Shown: positions 36,205-46,561, numbered from the stretch's first letter. The stretch: DNA of 52,140 bases from Desulfurococcales archaeon (GCA_027064845.1 JAMOPC010000159.1:1-52140), one strand, 5' to 3'. The notes: generated by a model not told the origin, from the letters alone. A program made the numbers and translations.

Positions 36205-37092
36205 TTATTGTACAAAAAATCTTATTGAGGCATATCCTACTACAGCTGTTTTATCTCCTGAAACATCTCCGCTTGTAGCATACTTTAGTAATTCTGCTTT
36301 TTCCCTTCCTTTTCCTACGAGTTTCGAGTACTCCATTAGTGTCATAATTCCTCCTGGGCCACAAACTGTGATGTGCTCATCAAGGAGTACTCTATAGAAA
36401 CCATTGGTATCAAAAGACAGTATTTTCTCGAGTGCTTTCTTGTCTTTTTCAACGGTAATTTCGTGTGGGTCATAGTGGTTGAAATCACTACTAACTATTA
36501 TTATTACATCTCTTTTCGTGCTTGTAATCGATTCCAGTATTGCTTTAGCCAGGTCTTCTGCTACTTCAGGTGTATGTAATCCAATACTAATTGGTACTAT
36601 CCGGACACTATCACCATAGAGGTACTGAATAAATGGTAGTTGTACTTCTATTGAATGCTCTTCTATGTGTGCATAGATGTCTAGTTCTCCTATGCTACTA
36701 TTGCTGGCTATGTCTCTAGCAAGTTCTGAGTCTACTTCGAGCTTGCCTAGAGGAGTTATCCACGTCCCAGCAGGGTATATTGATACTAATGCTCCTCTAC
36801 CTGTATGGTTTGTTCCAAGCAATATGATTGTTTCTGGTCTCCCATCTAGTGCTAAGTTATAATATGTATGTGCAGCTACGGGTCCGCTATAAATGTATCC
36901 TGCATGAGGAGCAACATAACCGAGTGTCTCTTTTCTCCTTTTCTCAGAAACAACTGGTAATTTTCCGGGACCAAGACTGTGTTTGAAAGACCACTCAATG
37001 GTCTTAATAAGTTCTCTAGGATCTGATGGATAAAAATACCCCGCTACAACGGGGTATCTTGTATGGGAAGTGGTTTCCAAATAATTCTTCAC
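36205..37092 (-). CDS. MEMO1 family protein (AmmeMemoRadiSam system protein B)
   Basis: Contains [27 protein letters not shown] and [10 protein letters not shown]. There is a 4-nt overlap with the rps2 stop. Confidence 0.85.
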   Translation of the reverse strand: MKNYLETTSHTRYPVVAGYFYPSDPRELIKTIEWSFKHSLGPGKLPVVSEKRRKETLGYVAPHAGYIYSGPVAAHTYYNLALDGRPETIILLGTNHTGRGALVSIYPAGTWITPLGKLEVDSELARDIASNSSIGELDIYAHIEEHSIEVQLPFIQYLYGDSVRIVPISIGLHTPEVAEDLAKAILESITSTKRDVIIIVSSDFNHYDPHEITVEKDKKALEKILSFDTNGFYRVLLDEHITVCGPGGIMTLMEYSKLVGKGREKAELLKYATSGDVSGDKTAVVGYASIRFFVQ

Positions 37093-37757
37093 CTCTGAAG
37101 ACGTACTTCAAACTCTGTAGGCGGTTCAGGCAGATCTCCGTCAGGTGGAATTATTCCTTTTTCTCTAAGTATTTGTCTAGCTAATAACCAATATATTAGT
37201 GCTAGGCTTTTTCTACCCTTATTGTTGGCTGGTATAATTAAGTCTATGTATTCTGTTCTATTATCAGTATCAGCCAGTGAAACTATAGGAATGCCGATCT
37301 CGGCAGCTTCTTTTAGTGCTTGAGAATCAGCTCTGGGATCAGTTAGTAGTACTACGTCTGGTTCAAAATACCATTTAAGGCTTGGGTTTGTAAATGTTCC
37401 GGGCATAAATCTTCCTATGAATGGTTTGCAGTTCACATAGCTACAGAACTTTAATACTGGTTTTTGACCATATTGCCTAGCAGATACTACTGCTATTTTC
37501 TCAGGCTCGTATCTTGCTAAGAATTTTGCAGCAATTCTTATTCTTTCATCAATTTTCCTTATATCTAAGATGTAGAGTCCATCATTACGTACTCTATAAA
37601 CGAATGGTTCCATGAATTTTGTGCATATATGTGTTCCTATATGTACTCCAGCAGCTAGGTACTTGTCAAGTGTTATTAGTAATTCCACTACTGGTTTTGT
37701 CCTAGTTTGTTCCTCTTGGGGGCTTTGCCTTGTTTTTTCTTCTGACAAGTAAAACAC
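37089..37757 (-). CDS. rps2: Ribosomal protein S2 (uS2)
   Basis: LAAGVHIGT, the body sequence and PIVSLADTD are canonical uS2. Confidence 0.95.
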   Translation of the reverse strand: MFYLSEEKTRQSPQEEQTRTKPVVELLITLDKYLAAGVHIGTHICTKFMEPFVYRVRNDGLYILDIRKIDERIRIAAKFLARYEPEKIAVVSARQYGQKPVLKFCSYVNCKPFIGRFMPGTFTNPSLKWYFEPDVVLLTDPRADSQALKEAAEIGIPIVSLADTDNRTEYIDLIIPANNKGRKSLALIYWLLARQILREKGIIPPDGDLPEPPTEFEVRLQR

Positions 37758-37772
37758 CTCCTAGTTGGTGTT

Positions 37773-37973
37773 TTAGGAGACTTTAGGGAAGTTTAATATC
37801 TCATATGAAATCTCAACATGGGAGAGAAACATCCTTCTACAACAATATCTTTTAACTCCTAATTCATCCAGTACTTTTCCTGGATCTTCTCCTGCTTCTA
37901 CTCTTTTCTTAAATTCTTCCCATAAATGCCCTATGGGTGCACCACATGTAAAACATCTTACGGGGAACATCAA
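37773..37973 (-). CDS. rpoN: DNA-directed RNA polymerase subunit N (Rpo10)
   Basis: [21 protein letters not shown]...[12 protein letters not shown] is canonical. Confidence 0.95.
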   Translation of the reverse strand: MMFPVRCFTCGAPIGHLWEEFKKRVEAGEDPGKVLDELGVKRYCCRRMFLSHVEISYEILNFPKVS

Positions 37974-37992
37974 TTCTTGATAACCTCCGGGT

Positions 37993-38406
37993 TCACCTAT
38001 AGCTTTTCTGCCATCTCCTTCTTGCGCTGTATCTGCCCCATTTCTCTGGTTCTGTTCTTCTCGGGTCTCCGCTTAGCATGTATCTATCGTATTCTGTTAG
38101 TATCTTCTTTAGTTCGGGGTTATTGTTTGCGTATTCTAGTAAGCCTCTAGCAATAGCCATTCTTACAGCATCTGCCTGGCTCATGTATCCTCCTCCCCTC
38201 ACGTTTACGTATATGTCTACTTGTTTCCAGAGATCACCAACTATTACTAGTGGTTCATACATTTTGAGCCTGGCAAGCTCGATGGGCCATATTTCTAGAG
38301 GTACGCCATTTATCCATACTCTTCCCTGACCGGGCTTTATGATTGCTCTTGCAATACTTGTTTTCCTCTTACCTGTAGCGATTACTATTTTCCCCTGCGT
38401 GCTCAT
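37993..38406 (-). CDS. rps9: Ribosomal protein S9 (uS9)
   Basis: Contains [10 protein letters not shown] and the C-terminal [10 protein letters not shown]. The ATG at 38406 overlaps the rpl13 stop (ATGA). Confidence 0.95.
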   Translation of the reverse strand: MSTQGKIVIATGKRKTSIARAIIKPGQGRVWINGVPLEIWPIELARLKMYEPLVIVGDLWKQVDIYVNVRGGGYMSQADAVRMAIARGLLEYANNNPELKKILTEYDRYMLSGDPRRTEPEKWGRYSARRRWQKSYR

Positions 38407-38864
38407 TGAACTACACCTTTCCAACCTAGTTCCTTAGCTATTTCACCTAGAGTTATATATTTTCCCTTTAACCTGCTTATATCAGCTTCCTCGAACCTAA
38501 TAAACTCCTTGTCTTGAAGCTCGGGTGGTAGGCCGTTGTAAACTCTTAGTCTTTTATAAGCAGTTCTTCCTCTGGGTTTCTCTATGGGAAGCATTCCTCT
38601 AACGGTTCTTTTCAATATGTTATGTGGTGATTTTGGTCTCCTAATACCTGTTTTGTATGGGTTATAGTGTGTCTTTACTTTTTCTAGTAGCTTGTATCCC
38701 TGTATAACTCTGAGTCTTTCTCCACTAACTACTGCTTTTTCAGCATTAACTACTATTACACGATAGCCTTCAAGGAGTTTCTTAGCAATTATACTTGCTA
38801 GTCTTCCTAGTATCTGGTTAGTTGCGTCCACGTAGAGAGTCTTGGCTTCACTCATGTTTTTCAC
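38403..38864 (-). CDS. rpl13: Ribosomal protein L13 (uL13)
   Basis: [22 protein letters not shown] is canonical uL13. The start is either the GTG at 38864 or the ATG at 38855. Confidence 0.95.
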   Translation of the reverse strand: MKNMSEAKTLYVDATNQILGRLASIIAKKLLEGYRVIVVNAEKAVVSGERLRVIQGYKLLEKVKTHYNPYKTGIRRPKSPHNILKRTVRGMLPIEKPRGRTAYKRLRVYNGLPPELQDKEFIRFEEADISRLKGKYITLGEIAKELGWKGVVQ

Positions 38865-39223
38865 CCTATTATCTTTACGTTGCTTCCCCTGGGGTTTTCT
38901 CTTGCTAATTCTAGGATGGATAATACTTTTCCTCCAGCTGCTTTTATTTTTTCTATAGCTGTTTTTGAAAATGCTGCTGCTGCAACAGTTACTGGGTGGT
39001 CTAGGGTTCCTGCTCCGAGTACCTTGCCTGGCACTACCACTATGTCTCCTTCCTTCGTGTATCTGTTGATCCTGCTTATATTTACTGCTCTGCGTTGTCT
39101 CCTGGGCTTTTCTAATTCCTCAGCTACTGCTCTCCAAATAGGTGCTTTGTATTGATTAGATAACTTGTAGAGTTCCCTAATCGTCTTTCTCAATACTATG
39201 TTTGTGGGGCCTGTTTTTCTCAT
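38861..39223 (-). CDS. rpl18e: Ribosomal protein L18e (eL18)
   Basis: Contains [18 protein letters not shown] and [11 protein letters not shown]. Confidence 0.9.
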   Translation of the reverse strand: MRKTGPTNIVLRKTIRELYKLSNQYKAPIWRAVAEELEKPRRQRRAVNISRINRYTKEGDIVVVPGKVLGAGTLDHPVTVAAAAFSKTAIEKIKAAGGKVLSILELARENPRGSNVKIIG

Positions 39224-40062
39224 TTAACAACACCTTCTCTCTTCAAACTTTCTATGAAATCATCTATTTTATTCTCAAGTATTTTTATAGCTTCCAATAA
39301 TATTTTCTTGGGAGGTAATGCTCCCGTGGATTCTATTGTTAAAATGTATTCATTTTCTTTCCAATTTATTCTTATAGCATTATAGGGACACACTTCTTCA
39401 CAAATCCTGCAAAGAGTACAATCGAGTACTTTATCTTGCTTTATCATGAGTTTTCCGTTTTTGAGCTCGAAAATATTCTTGGGGCATATTTCTATGCATT
39501 TCTTGCATTCTTCTCCTTTACATAGTTCTTCTCTTATATGTATTAATGGAACGTACTTGTGTGTTGCTACTGATACAGGGCTCCACTTGGCGTGTTCTTT
39601 TCCTCGACCAAGCCTAGCATATGCTTCTAGTCTTATTTCTTGATTATTTGCTAAGAGGACAATTGGTATTTTATCATATACAGGTCTTACGTCTGGATCT
39701 GAGGTTTTCAAGTCTCCACTATAAAGTGTTACTAGGCCTTCTCCTGTTCCTTTTCCTTCTAAGTCTAGCTTTACGAAACAGTCTTCAGTGAATAGTCCTC
39801 TATCTGCTGCTTCTCTGCATTCTTCTGGTGACTTGTATTTTTCTAATGCTTTTTCGCTTGTTAAGGGGATTAATCCCAGCCTATGGGCGATGTACTCATC
39901 GTAGAAAACACTACTGTTCATTGTGAATACTACTGAGTCTATAGCCATTGTAGGGACTTCAGCGATCATGACCCTGCGGACCGAGTTAAGTATGTGTAGT
40001 GGGATATTCTTTATATATAAGCGAAGCTTTAAAGAGGTTTTTTCCAAAACGTTTATCTCCAA
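39220..40062 (-). CDS. rpoD: DNA-directed RNA polymerase subunit D (Rpo3) with 4Fe-4S ferredoxin-like insert
   Basis: Contains [17 protein letters not shown] and the Cys clusters CKKCIEICP and [12 protein letters not shown]. Confidence 0.95.
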   Translation of the reverse strand: MEINVLEKTSLKLRLYIKNIPLHILNSVRRVMIAEVPTMAIDSVVFTMNSSVFYDEYIAHRLGLIPLTSEKALEKYKSPEECREAADRGLFTEDCFVKLDLEGKGTGEGLVTLYSGDLKTSDPDVRPVYDKIPIVLLANNQEIRLEAYARLGRGKEHAKWSPVSVATHKYVPLIHIREELCKGEECKKCIEICPKNIFELKNGKLMIKQDKVLDCTLCRICEEVCPYNAIRINWKENEYILTIESTGALPPKKILLEAIKILENKIDDFIESLKREGVVK

Positions 40063-40098
40063 TATATGGATACCTCCATTTAAAATAATTACATAGTT

Positions 40099-40500
40099 TT
40101 AGACTCTTCTTCCTCTTCTACCGCCTGGTCTTCTCGTGGTGTCATGTGGTATTGGTGTTACGTCTTCGATTCTTCCAATTATGAAACCTGCTCTAGCTAA
40201 TGCTCTTATAGCAGCTTGTGCTCCTGGACCAGGTGTTTTTGGTCCATGACCTCCGGGGGCTCGTACTTTTATGTGTAGGGCCATTATTCCTTTATCCATT
40301 GCTTCACTTGCTGCTCTGCTTGCTGCAAGCATTGCTGCGTAGGGGCTTGGTTTTTCTCTGTCTGCTTTTACTACCATTCCACCGCTCCATCTACTAACTG
40401 TTTCCGCTCCAGTAAGGTCTGTTATATGGATTATTGTGTTGTTTAAGCTACTGTAAATATGAGCTACTCCCCATTTAAGTTCTCTACCCATGAATGCCAT
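40099..40500 (-). CDS. rps11: Ribosomal protein S11 (uS11)
   Basis: Contains [18 protein letters not shown] and [20 protein letters not shown]. Confidence 0.95.
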   Translation of the reverse strand: MAFMGRELKWGVAHIYSSLNNTIIHITDLTGAETVSRWSGGMVVKADREKPSPYAAMLAASRAASEAMDKGIMALHIKVRAPGGHGPKTPGPGAQAAIRALARAGFIIGRIEDVTPIPHDTTRRPGGRRGRRV

Positions 40501-40511
40501 ATGTGTTCACC

Positions 40512-41021
40512 TTAGCTACTTGTTTCTTCTTGGAGTTTCTTGAATGGACTTGTGGGCGCATAATCAACTAATTCTTCTTCTTCACGAGACACAATGTATC
40601 CAGGAGAAGTAACTCTTCTACCTGCTATTGCTATGTGTCCGTGAACTATTAGTTGTCTAGCTTGATGTATCGTGCGTGCAAGACCTTTCTTATATACTAT
40701 GGTTTGTAGTCTTCTCTCTAGGAGATCTTCTACTGTTAGGCTGAGTACGTCTTCGAGGGTAGCGTTTTCGGGCAATAATCCCATATTGTATAGTTTCCTA
40801 AGCATCGCTTTTTCTACTTTTTCACGTATTTCTTTTGGAGCAGCTAATAGTGAGCGGGCTTGGTGCCTGAATTTCCTAATAATTGTCTGGGCTCTCCATA
40901 ATTCACGCTTATTTCTCAGTCCATAAGTACCTAGGAGTTTTAGTTCTTGGATTAGGACTTCTTTTCTCCATGGATGTTTAGGTCCTTCCCACTTCTTCCT
41001 GGGTTTCTTCGGGTCACCCAT
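40512..41021 (-). CDS. rps4: Ribosomal protein S4 (uS4)
   Basis: Contains [18 protein letters not shown] and an S4 RNA-binding domain ([18 protein letters not shown]). Confidence 0.95.
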   Translation of the reverse strand: MGDPKKPRKKWEGPKHPWRKEVLIQELKLLGTYGLRNKRELWRAQTIIRKFRHQARSLLAAPKEIREKVEKAMLRKLYNMGLLPENATLEDVLSLTVEDLLERRLQTIVYKKGLARTIHQARQLIVHGHIAIAGRRVTSPGYIVSREEEELVDYAPTSPFKKLQEETSS

Positions 41022-41043
41022 CCTTATTCACCCCTCTTTAGGA

Positions 41044-41499
41044 TTATCTTCTCTTCTTCCTTACACCAACGGTTAATCCTAGTCTTCCAGTTGTGCGTGT
41101 ACGCTGTCCTCTTACCTTTAATCCGAGTGCATGACGTATACCGCGCCAGCTCTTAATCTTCTTTTCTCTCTCAATATCTTGTTTCACATAATATATTAGC
41201 TCTGCACCAATTAAGTGCATGTCCTTTCCGGTGGTGTAGTCTTTTCTTCTATTTAGAACCCATCTAGGTATGCCATAGTTTAAGGGATTCGCTAGTAAGT
41301 CTTCTATTTTCTTAATCTCTTCTTCTGTTAAGTAGCCAATTCTCATTTCTGGATCTATTCCAAGTCTTCTACATATTCCATAGGCTAGGTTGACTCCAAC
41401 ACCCTTGATCTCCGCTAATCCATAAGCAGTTTTCAAGCTACCATCAATATCTGTGCCAGCTATACGTACGATATATTTAAACGTCCTGCTAGTGCTCAA
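41044..41499 (-). CDS. rps13: Ribosomal protein S13 (uS13)
   Basis: Contains IVRIAGTDIDG and GIRHALGLKVRGQRTRTTGR. The start is TTG with GGTGAT upstream. Confidence 0.95.
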   Translation of the reverse strand: MSTSRTFKYIVRIAGTDIDGSLKTAYGLAEIKGVGVNLAYGICRRLGIDPEMRIGYLTEEEIKKIEDLLANPLNYGIPRWVLNRRKDYTTGKDMHLIGAELIYYVKQDIEREKKIKSWRGIRHALGLKVRGQRTRTTGRLGLTVGVRKKRR

Positions 41500-41606
41500 A
41501 ACTATGACATCACCCTATGTATTCTCTGTAAGCAAATTATTTTACTCCTCTACCAATACGATAAAAATTTCCTATTATAAGTTTATCTCATAATTGTAGT
41601 TGTTGG

Positions 41607-41670
41607 GTTCAGGAGGGGCGAAAAGCTTCATCTCCTTATGGATCGTTTCCCTAAAGCGCTTCATCATCTC
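41607..41670 (-). ncRNA. C/D box sRNA candidate 3
   Basis: Minus strand reads ggag-ATGATGA-agcgctttagggaa-ACGA-tccataaggag-ATGAAGC-ttttcgcccctc-CTGA-accc. C box is at 41661..41667, C' at 41625..41631 and D at 41609..41612. There are exactly 12 nt between C' and D. A palindromic TATA lies about 30 nt upstream. Confidence 0.45.
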
Positions 41671-41691
41671 CCATGAAATAGTTATTAATAG

Positions 41692-41702
41692 CTATATATA
41701 TC
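41692..41702. promoter_or_regulatory. Palindromic TATA element (CTATATATATC) between divergent sRNA candidate 3 and the ferritin-like gene
   Basis: The element is centred about 26-30 nt from the C box on the minus side. It is about 50 nt from the plus-strand ATG at 41750, which is preceded by GGTG. This geometry suits both transcription units. Confidence 0.35.
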
Positions 41703-41749
41703 CTAAACTTTTGAATGATAAGTTCTAAACTCGTATATGGTGTACGGAA

Positions 41750-42040
41750 ATGTTTGGAATAAATCCTCTCCTATTAACACGTAAAGAAGAGTTATCTAAA
41801 GAAGAACTAGCAGAAGCTATTAGGATAGCAATTATAGCAGAATTAGACGCTATTAACTTCTATGAACAACTCGCTAGATCAGTGAAAGATGAAAAAATAA
41901 AGAAAGTATTCCTAGACATAGCTAGAGAGGAAAAAACACATTTCGGCGAGTTCTTGACACTCCTTGAAATGCTTGATAAAGAACAAGTATCAGAGCTTAA
42001 GAAAGGACAAGAAGAAGTAGAAGAACTCATGGGTAAATAA
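41750..42040 (+). CDS. Encapsulated-ferritin-like (EncFtn / Flp family) small ferritin-like protein, stand-alone
   Basis: The protein is 96 aa. IIAELDAINFYEQLA and DIAREEKTHFGEF supply the Glu/Glu-x-x-His di-iron ligands of EncFtn. It closely resembles my recollection of the N-terminal ferritin-like domain fused to the Pyrococcus encapsulin. Confidence 0.65.
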   Translation: MFGINPLLLTRKEELSKEELAEAIRIAIIAELDAINFYEQLARSVKDEKIKKVFLDIAREEKTHFGEFLTLLEMLDKEQVSELKKGQEEVEELMGK

Positions 42041-42057
42041 ACAAGTTTTTATATGGG

Positions 42058-42146
42058 TGGCGCCGGGGGCGGGATTCGAACCCGCGCGCCCCGTATGGGG
42101 CACTGGCTCTCCAGGCCAGCCCCTTAGGCCGCTCGGGCACCCCGGC
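42058..42146 (-). tRNA. tRNA-Ser (anticodon GGA), no intron, encoded CCA
   Basis: The reverse complement has the acceptor GCCGGGG/CCCCGGC followed by G and CCA. Anticodon stem is CTGGC/GCCAG with loop CTGGAGA. The long variable arm is TGCCCCATACGGGGCGC and the T arm is GCGGG-TTCGAAT-CCCGC. Confidence 0.9.
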
Positions 42147-42303
42147 ACGTAGAAATGCTATATTTTAGTATTTTTGTTTGGTGTTATATTGGTTATTCTC
42201 CAAGGAATACTGACTCCCTCAGCTGGTGTATTTAGGTAAGAAGATCTCATTCATAAATAATATAGTTCAAGTAAGTGAATTCTAGGAGTTATTATAGAAA
42301 ATT

Positions 42304-42621
42304 TTAGAGCTCTATCTCCATCCATATTTCTGGTGGTACTCTTACTCTGATTAATTGTTTCATTACTCTCTCATCAGCTGCTATGTATAATAGTCTCTTG
42401 TGGATTCTCATTTCCCATTTTTCCCATTTCTTTTTGCCTTCACCATGTGGGAGCTTAAGTGTTCTAACAACTAGTCTCTTTGTCGGTAATGGTATGGGTC
42501 CTGACATTTTCACGCCTGTTCTTTTAACAATATCTGTTATCTTGCTTATGAACTCATTAAGTATGTTTATATTTGTGCTCCAGATCTTTATTTTTACCAT
42601 TCTCGGTGAAGACATTTTCAT
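42304..42621 (-). CDS. rps10: Ribosomal protein S10 (uS10)
   Basis: VKIKIWSTNINILNEFISKITDIVKRTGVKMSGPIPLPTKRL is canonical uS10. The start is ambiguous among the TTG at 42624 and the ATGs at 42621 and 42615. Confidence 0.95.
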   Translation of the reverse strand: MKMSSPRMVKIKIWSTNINILNEFISKITDIVKRTGVKMSGPIPLPTKRLVVRTLKLPHGEGKKKWEKWEMRIHKRLLYIAADERVMKQLIRVRVPPEIWMEIEL

Positions 42622-42736
42622 CAATGCCTCGTTTACTTTTTCCTCGGTTCTTTCTGTGAGGTGATTAATAGTTTAAGGGGTTGAAAAACTTATTTTCTTT
42701 ATTGAATAGGGGTTTGTGTAAAAATCTATGGTGTGA

Positions 42737-44053
42737 TTACTTTGCCTTTATCTCTATTTTCATAGGCTTGACGTCTACTACTACTCCGATTCCTATGGTC
42801 TTACCCATGTCTCTCATAGCGAATCTTCCTAGTGGTGGGAACTCGCTGTACTTTTCGACTACTAATGGTTTAATTGGCTTGAATCTTACTATTGCAGCGT
42901 CACCCATCTTGATGAACTGTGGGTTCTGTTCAACTACTTTGCCTGTTCTTGGGTCTAGTTTGGCCTGGATTTCTACTATTCTGCATGCTACGCTTGCTGT
43001 GTGTATGTGTACTACTGGTGTGTATCCTACTGTTATTGCTGTTGGGTGCCATATGATGAATACTCTAGCAGTGAATTCTTCAGCTACTGTTGGTGGGTGA
43101 TCTAGGTGTCCTGCGACGTCTCCACGTCTAATGTCTCTCTTAGATATGCCTCTTACGTTGAATCCTATGTTGTCACCGGGTTCTGCTTTCTCTATTCTTA
43201 CGTGGTGTGTCTCGATGCTTCTTACTTCTCCTACCTTGGCTGGTGGCATGAATACTACTTTGTCGCCTACTTTTAGAACACCTGTTTCTACTCTTCCTAC
43301 TGGTACTGTACCAACTCCTGATATAGCGTATACGTCTTGTATTGGTATGCGTAATGGCTTGTCAACTGGTTTCGGCGGTGGTTCTAGCATGTCTAGTGCT
43401 TCTACTAGTGTTGGTCCATCATACCATGGCATGTTAGGTGATCTCTCGATTAGGTTGTCTCCAGTCCATGCTGATACTGGGATGAATGGTATCTTTGATA
43501 TATCGTATCCTAGGCTCTTCAAGAACTTTCCTAGGATAGTCTTGATTTGTTCGTATCTCTTCTGACTCCACGGAGGCTCTGTTGCATCCATCTTGTTTAC
43601 TGCTACGATTAACTGGTTAATACCCATGGTTTTTGCTAGGATTGCGTGCTCACGTGTTTGTCCTTCTGGGCTCATTCCTGCTTCGAATTCTCCCTTTCTA
43701 GCACTTACTACTAGTAATGCTGCGTCAGCTTGGCTGGCTCCAGTGATCATGTTTTTGATGAAGTCTCTGTGTCCGGGGGCGTCAATGATTGTGAATATGT
43801 ATCTTCTTGTCTCGAATTTCATGTAGGTTAATGCAATTGTTACTCCTCTTTCACGCTCTTCTTTGAGTTTGTCGAGTAGCCACGCAAACTTGAAGCTCTC
43901 TTTTCCTCTCTTCTTCGCTTCTTCCTCTAGTGTTTGTAGTGTTTTCTGGTCTACTAGTCCGAGCCTGTACAATATGTGTCCTACTAGTGTACTCTTACCG
44001 TGGTCTACGTGTCCAATCACTACTAGGTTAAGGTGTGGTTTTTCAGAGCTCAT
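42737..44053 (-). CDS. tuf: Translation elongation factor 1-alpha (aEF1A)
   Basis: Contains LNLVVIGHVDHGKSTLVGH, DAPGHRDF and NKMD. Length is 438 aa. Confidence 0.97.
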   Translation of the reverse strand: MSSEKPHLNLVVIGHVDHGKSTLVGHILYRLGLVDQKTLQTLEEEAKKRGKESFKFAWLLDKLKEERERGVTIALTYMKFETRRYIFTIIDAPGHRDFIKNMITGASQADAALLVVSARKGEFEAGMSPEGQTREHAILAKTMGINQLIVAVNKMDATEPPWSQKRYEQIKTILGKFLKSLGYDISKIPFIPVSAWTGDNLIERSPNMPWYDGPTLVEALDMLEPPPKPVDKPLRIPIQDVYAISGVGTVPVGRVETGVLKVGDKVVFMPPAKVGEVRSIETHHVRIEKAEPGDNIGFNVRGISKRDIRRGDVAGHLDHPPTVAEEFTARVFIIWHPTAITVGYTPVVHIHTASVACRIVEIQAKLDPRTGKVVEQNPQFIKMGDAAIVRFKPIKPLVVEKYSEFPPLGRFAMRDMGKTIGIGVVVDVKPMKIEIKAK

Positions 44054-44284
44054 TTTTCTCTACCTCCCAGGGATACATGTTCTGTAATCAACTAGATATG
44101 TATCTACCGTATTTATATTAATTCGTGTCGTTTGCTAGAATAGTAATTTTATACAAGTATTTATAAAGCTATCCGATAATCGGTGGGAAGAATAAATAGA
44201 TTCTGCTTATCCATAAATACAAGTATATATGTGTAATTCCATGTATTGATGACGAATAATTTTGTCTTCTGTGATAAAAACTCT

Positions 44285-44878
44285 TTATCTGCTGCTTAGG
44301 GCTATTCTTTCTATTTCTTCTTTCCTTTGTATAGCATAGCTTCTTGGGTCATTGTTAGCGGCTAAGATTATTTCTTCAGCTAAAGCCTCCTCGATCGGAA
44401 GCGGGTTATTGAATGCCTTATTCCTTGCTCCTTCTGTTAAGTGTTTTAATGCTAAATCGACTCTTCTCTGTGGAGCAATATCTACTGCAACATGATATAC
44501 TATACCACCGTACATGATTCTGGTTGTTTCTTCTCTAGGAGCAGCATTTTCTATTGCTCTAACAAGAACTTGAATAGGATTCTCGCCTGTCTTCAAGTAA
44601 ATGAGGTCAAATGCTTTCTTGACAATATTGTATGCTAAGTGTTTTTTACCCATGTTCCTGCCGGGTCTCATAACTTTATTTATTAATCTTTCAACAATTG
44701 GGACTTCTGCTTTACCAAATCTGCGGTGTTCGTGTCTTCCACCAGTATGTGGTAAGAACACCGGTTTTAAACATATATATCTTTTAAGGCCTGGGTCTCT
44801 AACTACTATGTTATCATAACTCCATTTACCGAATAATTTTATTTCAGTAACTTTCACAACTACGCTTTCATCAACCAC
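44285..44878 (-). CDS. rps7: Ribosomal protein S7 (uS7)
   Basis: Contains [15 protein letters not shown] and the C-terminal RKEEIERIA. The start is GTG with GGTGAT upstream. Confidence 0.95.
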   Translation of the reverse strand: MVDESVVVKVTEIKLFGKWSYDNIVVRDPGLKRYICLKPVFLPHTGGRHEHRRFGKAEVPIVERLINKVMRPGRNMGKKHLAYNIVKKAFDLIYLKTGENPIQVLVRAIENAAPREETTRIMYGGIVYHVAVDIAPQRRVDLALKHLTEGARNKAFNNPLPIEEALAEEIILAANNDPRSYAIQRKEEIERIALSSR

Positions 44879-45066
44879 TATGCATCACCATTATTCTCTG
44901 CATAACCAAAACTATTAAGTCCCCCTTAAAACTCTTACGTAGTATGTGGTTAATAATTGTACGTTATAGGATGTATTGTAAAAGGTAAATTAAGGTGTTT
45001 TGGTCAATACGATATACGTAAAAACTTGTCTTGACTATTTGAAACATAGTAGGGGATGTAATCAAG

Positions 45067-45597
45067 TTGGAAGAACTCTTACTTGTTGAGGAAGTTGTTG
45101 CGGAAATAATTCCTGGAGAATTCATTTATACTAGGATAAGGTTTAGGCTCGAGGATGGAAGATACTTCTACCTCTACAATATTCCATTCGATATAGCAAT
45201 AGCTCTTAAGAAAATGAATGGAGAGGAAATAGAAGATGATAGAGAAAGATTAATGGATATATTGATGAGCATGCCTGAAGTCTTAGAGATTCTCGGTAGG
45301 CATTTGAAACGTGTAATAATAAATGATATTGACTATAAGACGGGAGCATATAGTGCTATAGCTGAGTTTAGTGATGGAAATATGTATGTTAGGAGAAAAA
45401 TGGTTCCTAGCCATGCTGTTTTCTTAGCTAAGCTTGTTAATAAACCGATTTATGTTAGAAGTGAATTAGTTGATCAGCAGGAAGAGTTCCGAGGGTATAG
45501 AATATTGGAGGATGAATATGATACAAGGTATGAACGATACGATGAACAAAGCGATGAATTCGCAGAAGATGAGTATGAAATAGATGATTTTATCTAA
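45067..45597 (+). CDS. Bifunctional-nuclease-domain (DUF151/BFN-like) protein with acidic C-terminal tail
   Basis: [17 protein letters not shown] corresponds to the LPI.IG..EA.AI region. [12 protein letters not shown]...[19 protein letters not shown] corresponds to the RPSDAIALA...PI.V region. The tail is [28 protein letters not shown]. The start is TTG. Confidence 0.55.
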   Translation: MEELLLVEEVVAEIIPGEFIYTRIRFRLEDGRYFYLYNIPFDIAIALKKMNGEEIEDDRERLMDILMSMPEVLEILGRHLKRVIINDIDYKTGAYSAIAEFSDGNMYVRRKMVPSHAVFLAKLVNKPIYVRSELVDQQEEFRGYRILEDEYDTRYERYDEQSDEFAEDEYEIDDFI

Positions 45598-46033
45598 CAG
45601 GTTTCTGTTTCTTCCCTAGATATAGTGCTTTTAAGGAAACTCCATTAACCATTATTACTTTATATCTAACTCCCGGAATGTCACCCATAGATCTTCCTCT
45701 AGGCCCTCCTATACCTTCAATGATTACTTCATCGTGTTCATCAATATAGTTTATTCCACCGTCAAATGGAACAAAAGCTGTTACTACTTTACCGTTCTTA
45801 GCAAGTTGTACTCTTACACATTTTCGTACAGCTGAGTTTGGCTGTCTTGCTTCCACACCAACTTTTTCCAGGACAATCCCTCTAGCCATTGGCGCTCCTT
45901 CTAATGGATCGTGTTTCTTCTTTAACCCTAGCATTTTTATCTTGAATTCTCTCTGACTCCACCTAAACTTTAACCTCTTTTTTCTCAACTTTCTAGCAGC
46001 AAATAATCCATTGGGTGCTTTTTTACCAGCCAT
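45590..46033 (-). CDS. rps12: Ribosomal protein S12 (uS12)
   Basis: [28 protein letters not shown] is canonical uS12. Confidence 0.95.
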   Translation of the reverse strand: MAGKKAPNGLFAARKLRKKRLKFRWSQREFKIKMLGLKKKHDPLEGAPMARGIVLEKVGVEARQPNSAVRKCVRVQLAKNGKVVTAFVPFDGGINYIDEHDEVIIEGIGGPRGRSMGDIPGVRYKVIMVNGVSLKALYLGKKQKPVR

Positions 46034-46111
46034 TCCATATCATCCCGATTCTGTTTGTCTTTGAACCTACTAATCGAATTTCTTACTCCTCTTTAAAAAC
46101 TTACCTAGTAT

Positions 46112-46561
46112 TTAAGCTATTATTACAGCATCTATATCAAAGTATCTCTTAAGTATTAGTTTTGCTCGCGAAACGTTTTTGCCTCCCTTACCAATAGCTA
46201 TTCCTTTATCACTTGGTTCAACACTTACATAAACAACTTTTTTGCCTCCTGGCCTGTTTGCTACTCTTACTTCTCTAACTCTTGCCGGGGTTAACGCATA
46301 TCTTACCTGGTCTTCTAAGTTATCACTATAACCCACTATCTCGATATTCTTTCCTAGGATCTTTCTTAGTTTCTGTACATAAAGTCCTCGAGGACCAACA
46401 GCTTTCCCTACTTCGTCAGGGTTTACTAAGAAAATTATTCTCTCGTTTTCATCATCAACGATACAGTCTCTTACATGTACTCCTGTTAGCTCATGTAGTA
46501 ATGCCATGTATCGGAACTCTTCTGGTGTTAGCTTTATTGAGCGATTACTTCTCTTGCTCAC
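46112..46561 (-). CDS. nusA: Archaeal NusA (two KH domains)
   Basis: Contains the KH GxxG motifs GPRGLYVQKL and GKGGKNVSRA. The position between rpl30e and rps12 fits. Confidence 0.9.
   Translation of the reverse strand: MSKRSNRSIKLTPEEFRYMALLHELTGVHVRDCIVDDENERIIFLVNPDEVGKAVGPRGLYVQKLRKILGKNIEIVGYSDNLEDQVRYALTPARVREVRVANRPGGKKVVYVSVEPSDKGIAIGKGGKNVSRAKLILKRYFDIDAVIIA

Noticed and set aside
42219-42254. ATGAATGA ... 24 nt ... CTGA on the minus strand between rps10 and tRNA-Ser(GGA)
   Set aside because: The C box is degenerate and there is only a single box pair with non-canonical spacing. It does not meet the standard of the four reported candidates.
42681-44087. Chain of plus-strand ORFs (139, 144, 77 and 74 aa) opposite tuf
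   Set aside because: These are shadow ORFs of the highly expressed EF-1alpha gene. Stop codons are depleted in the antisense frame by its codon bias.
44173-44183. 11-bp palindrome CCGATAATCGG next to a TATA-like TTTATAAA upstream of tuf
   Set aside because: It is short enough to occur by chance and I found no second copy in the window. It could be a transcription-factor site, but nothing supports that.
44246-44275. TTGATGA followed 16 nt later by CTGTGA in the rps7-tuf gap
   Set aside because: The spacing and the D box do not fit C/D architecture, and no second box pair is present.
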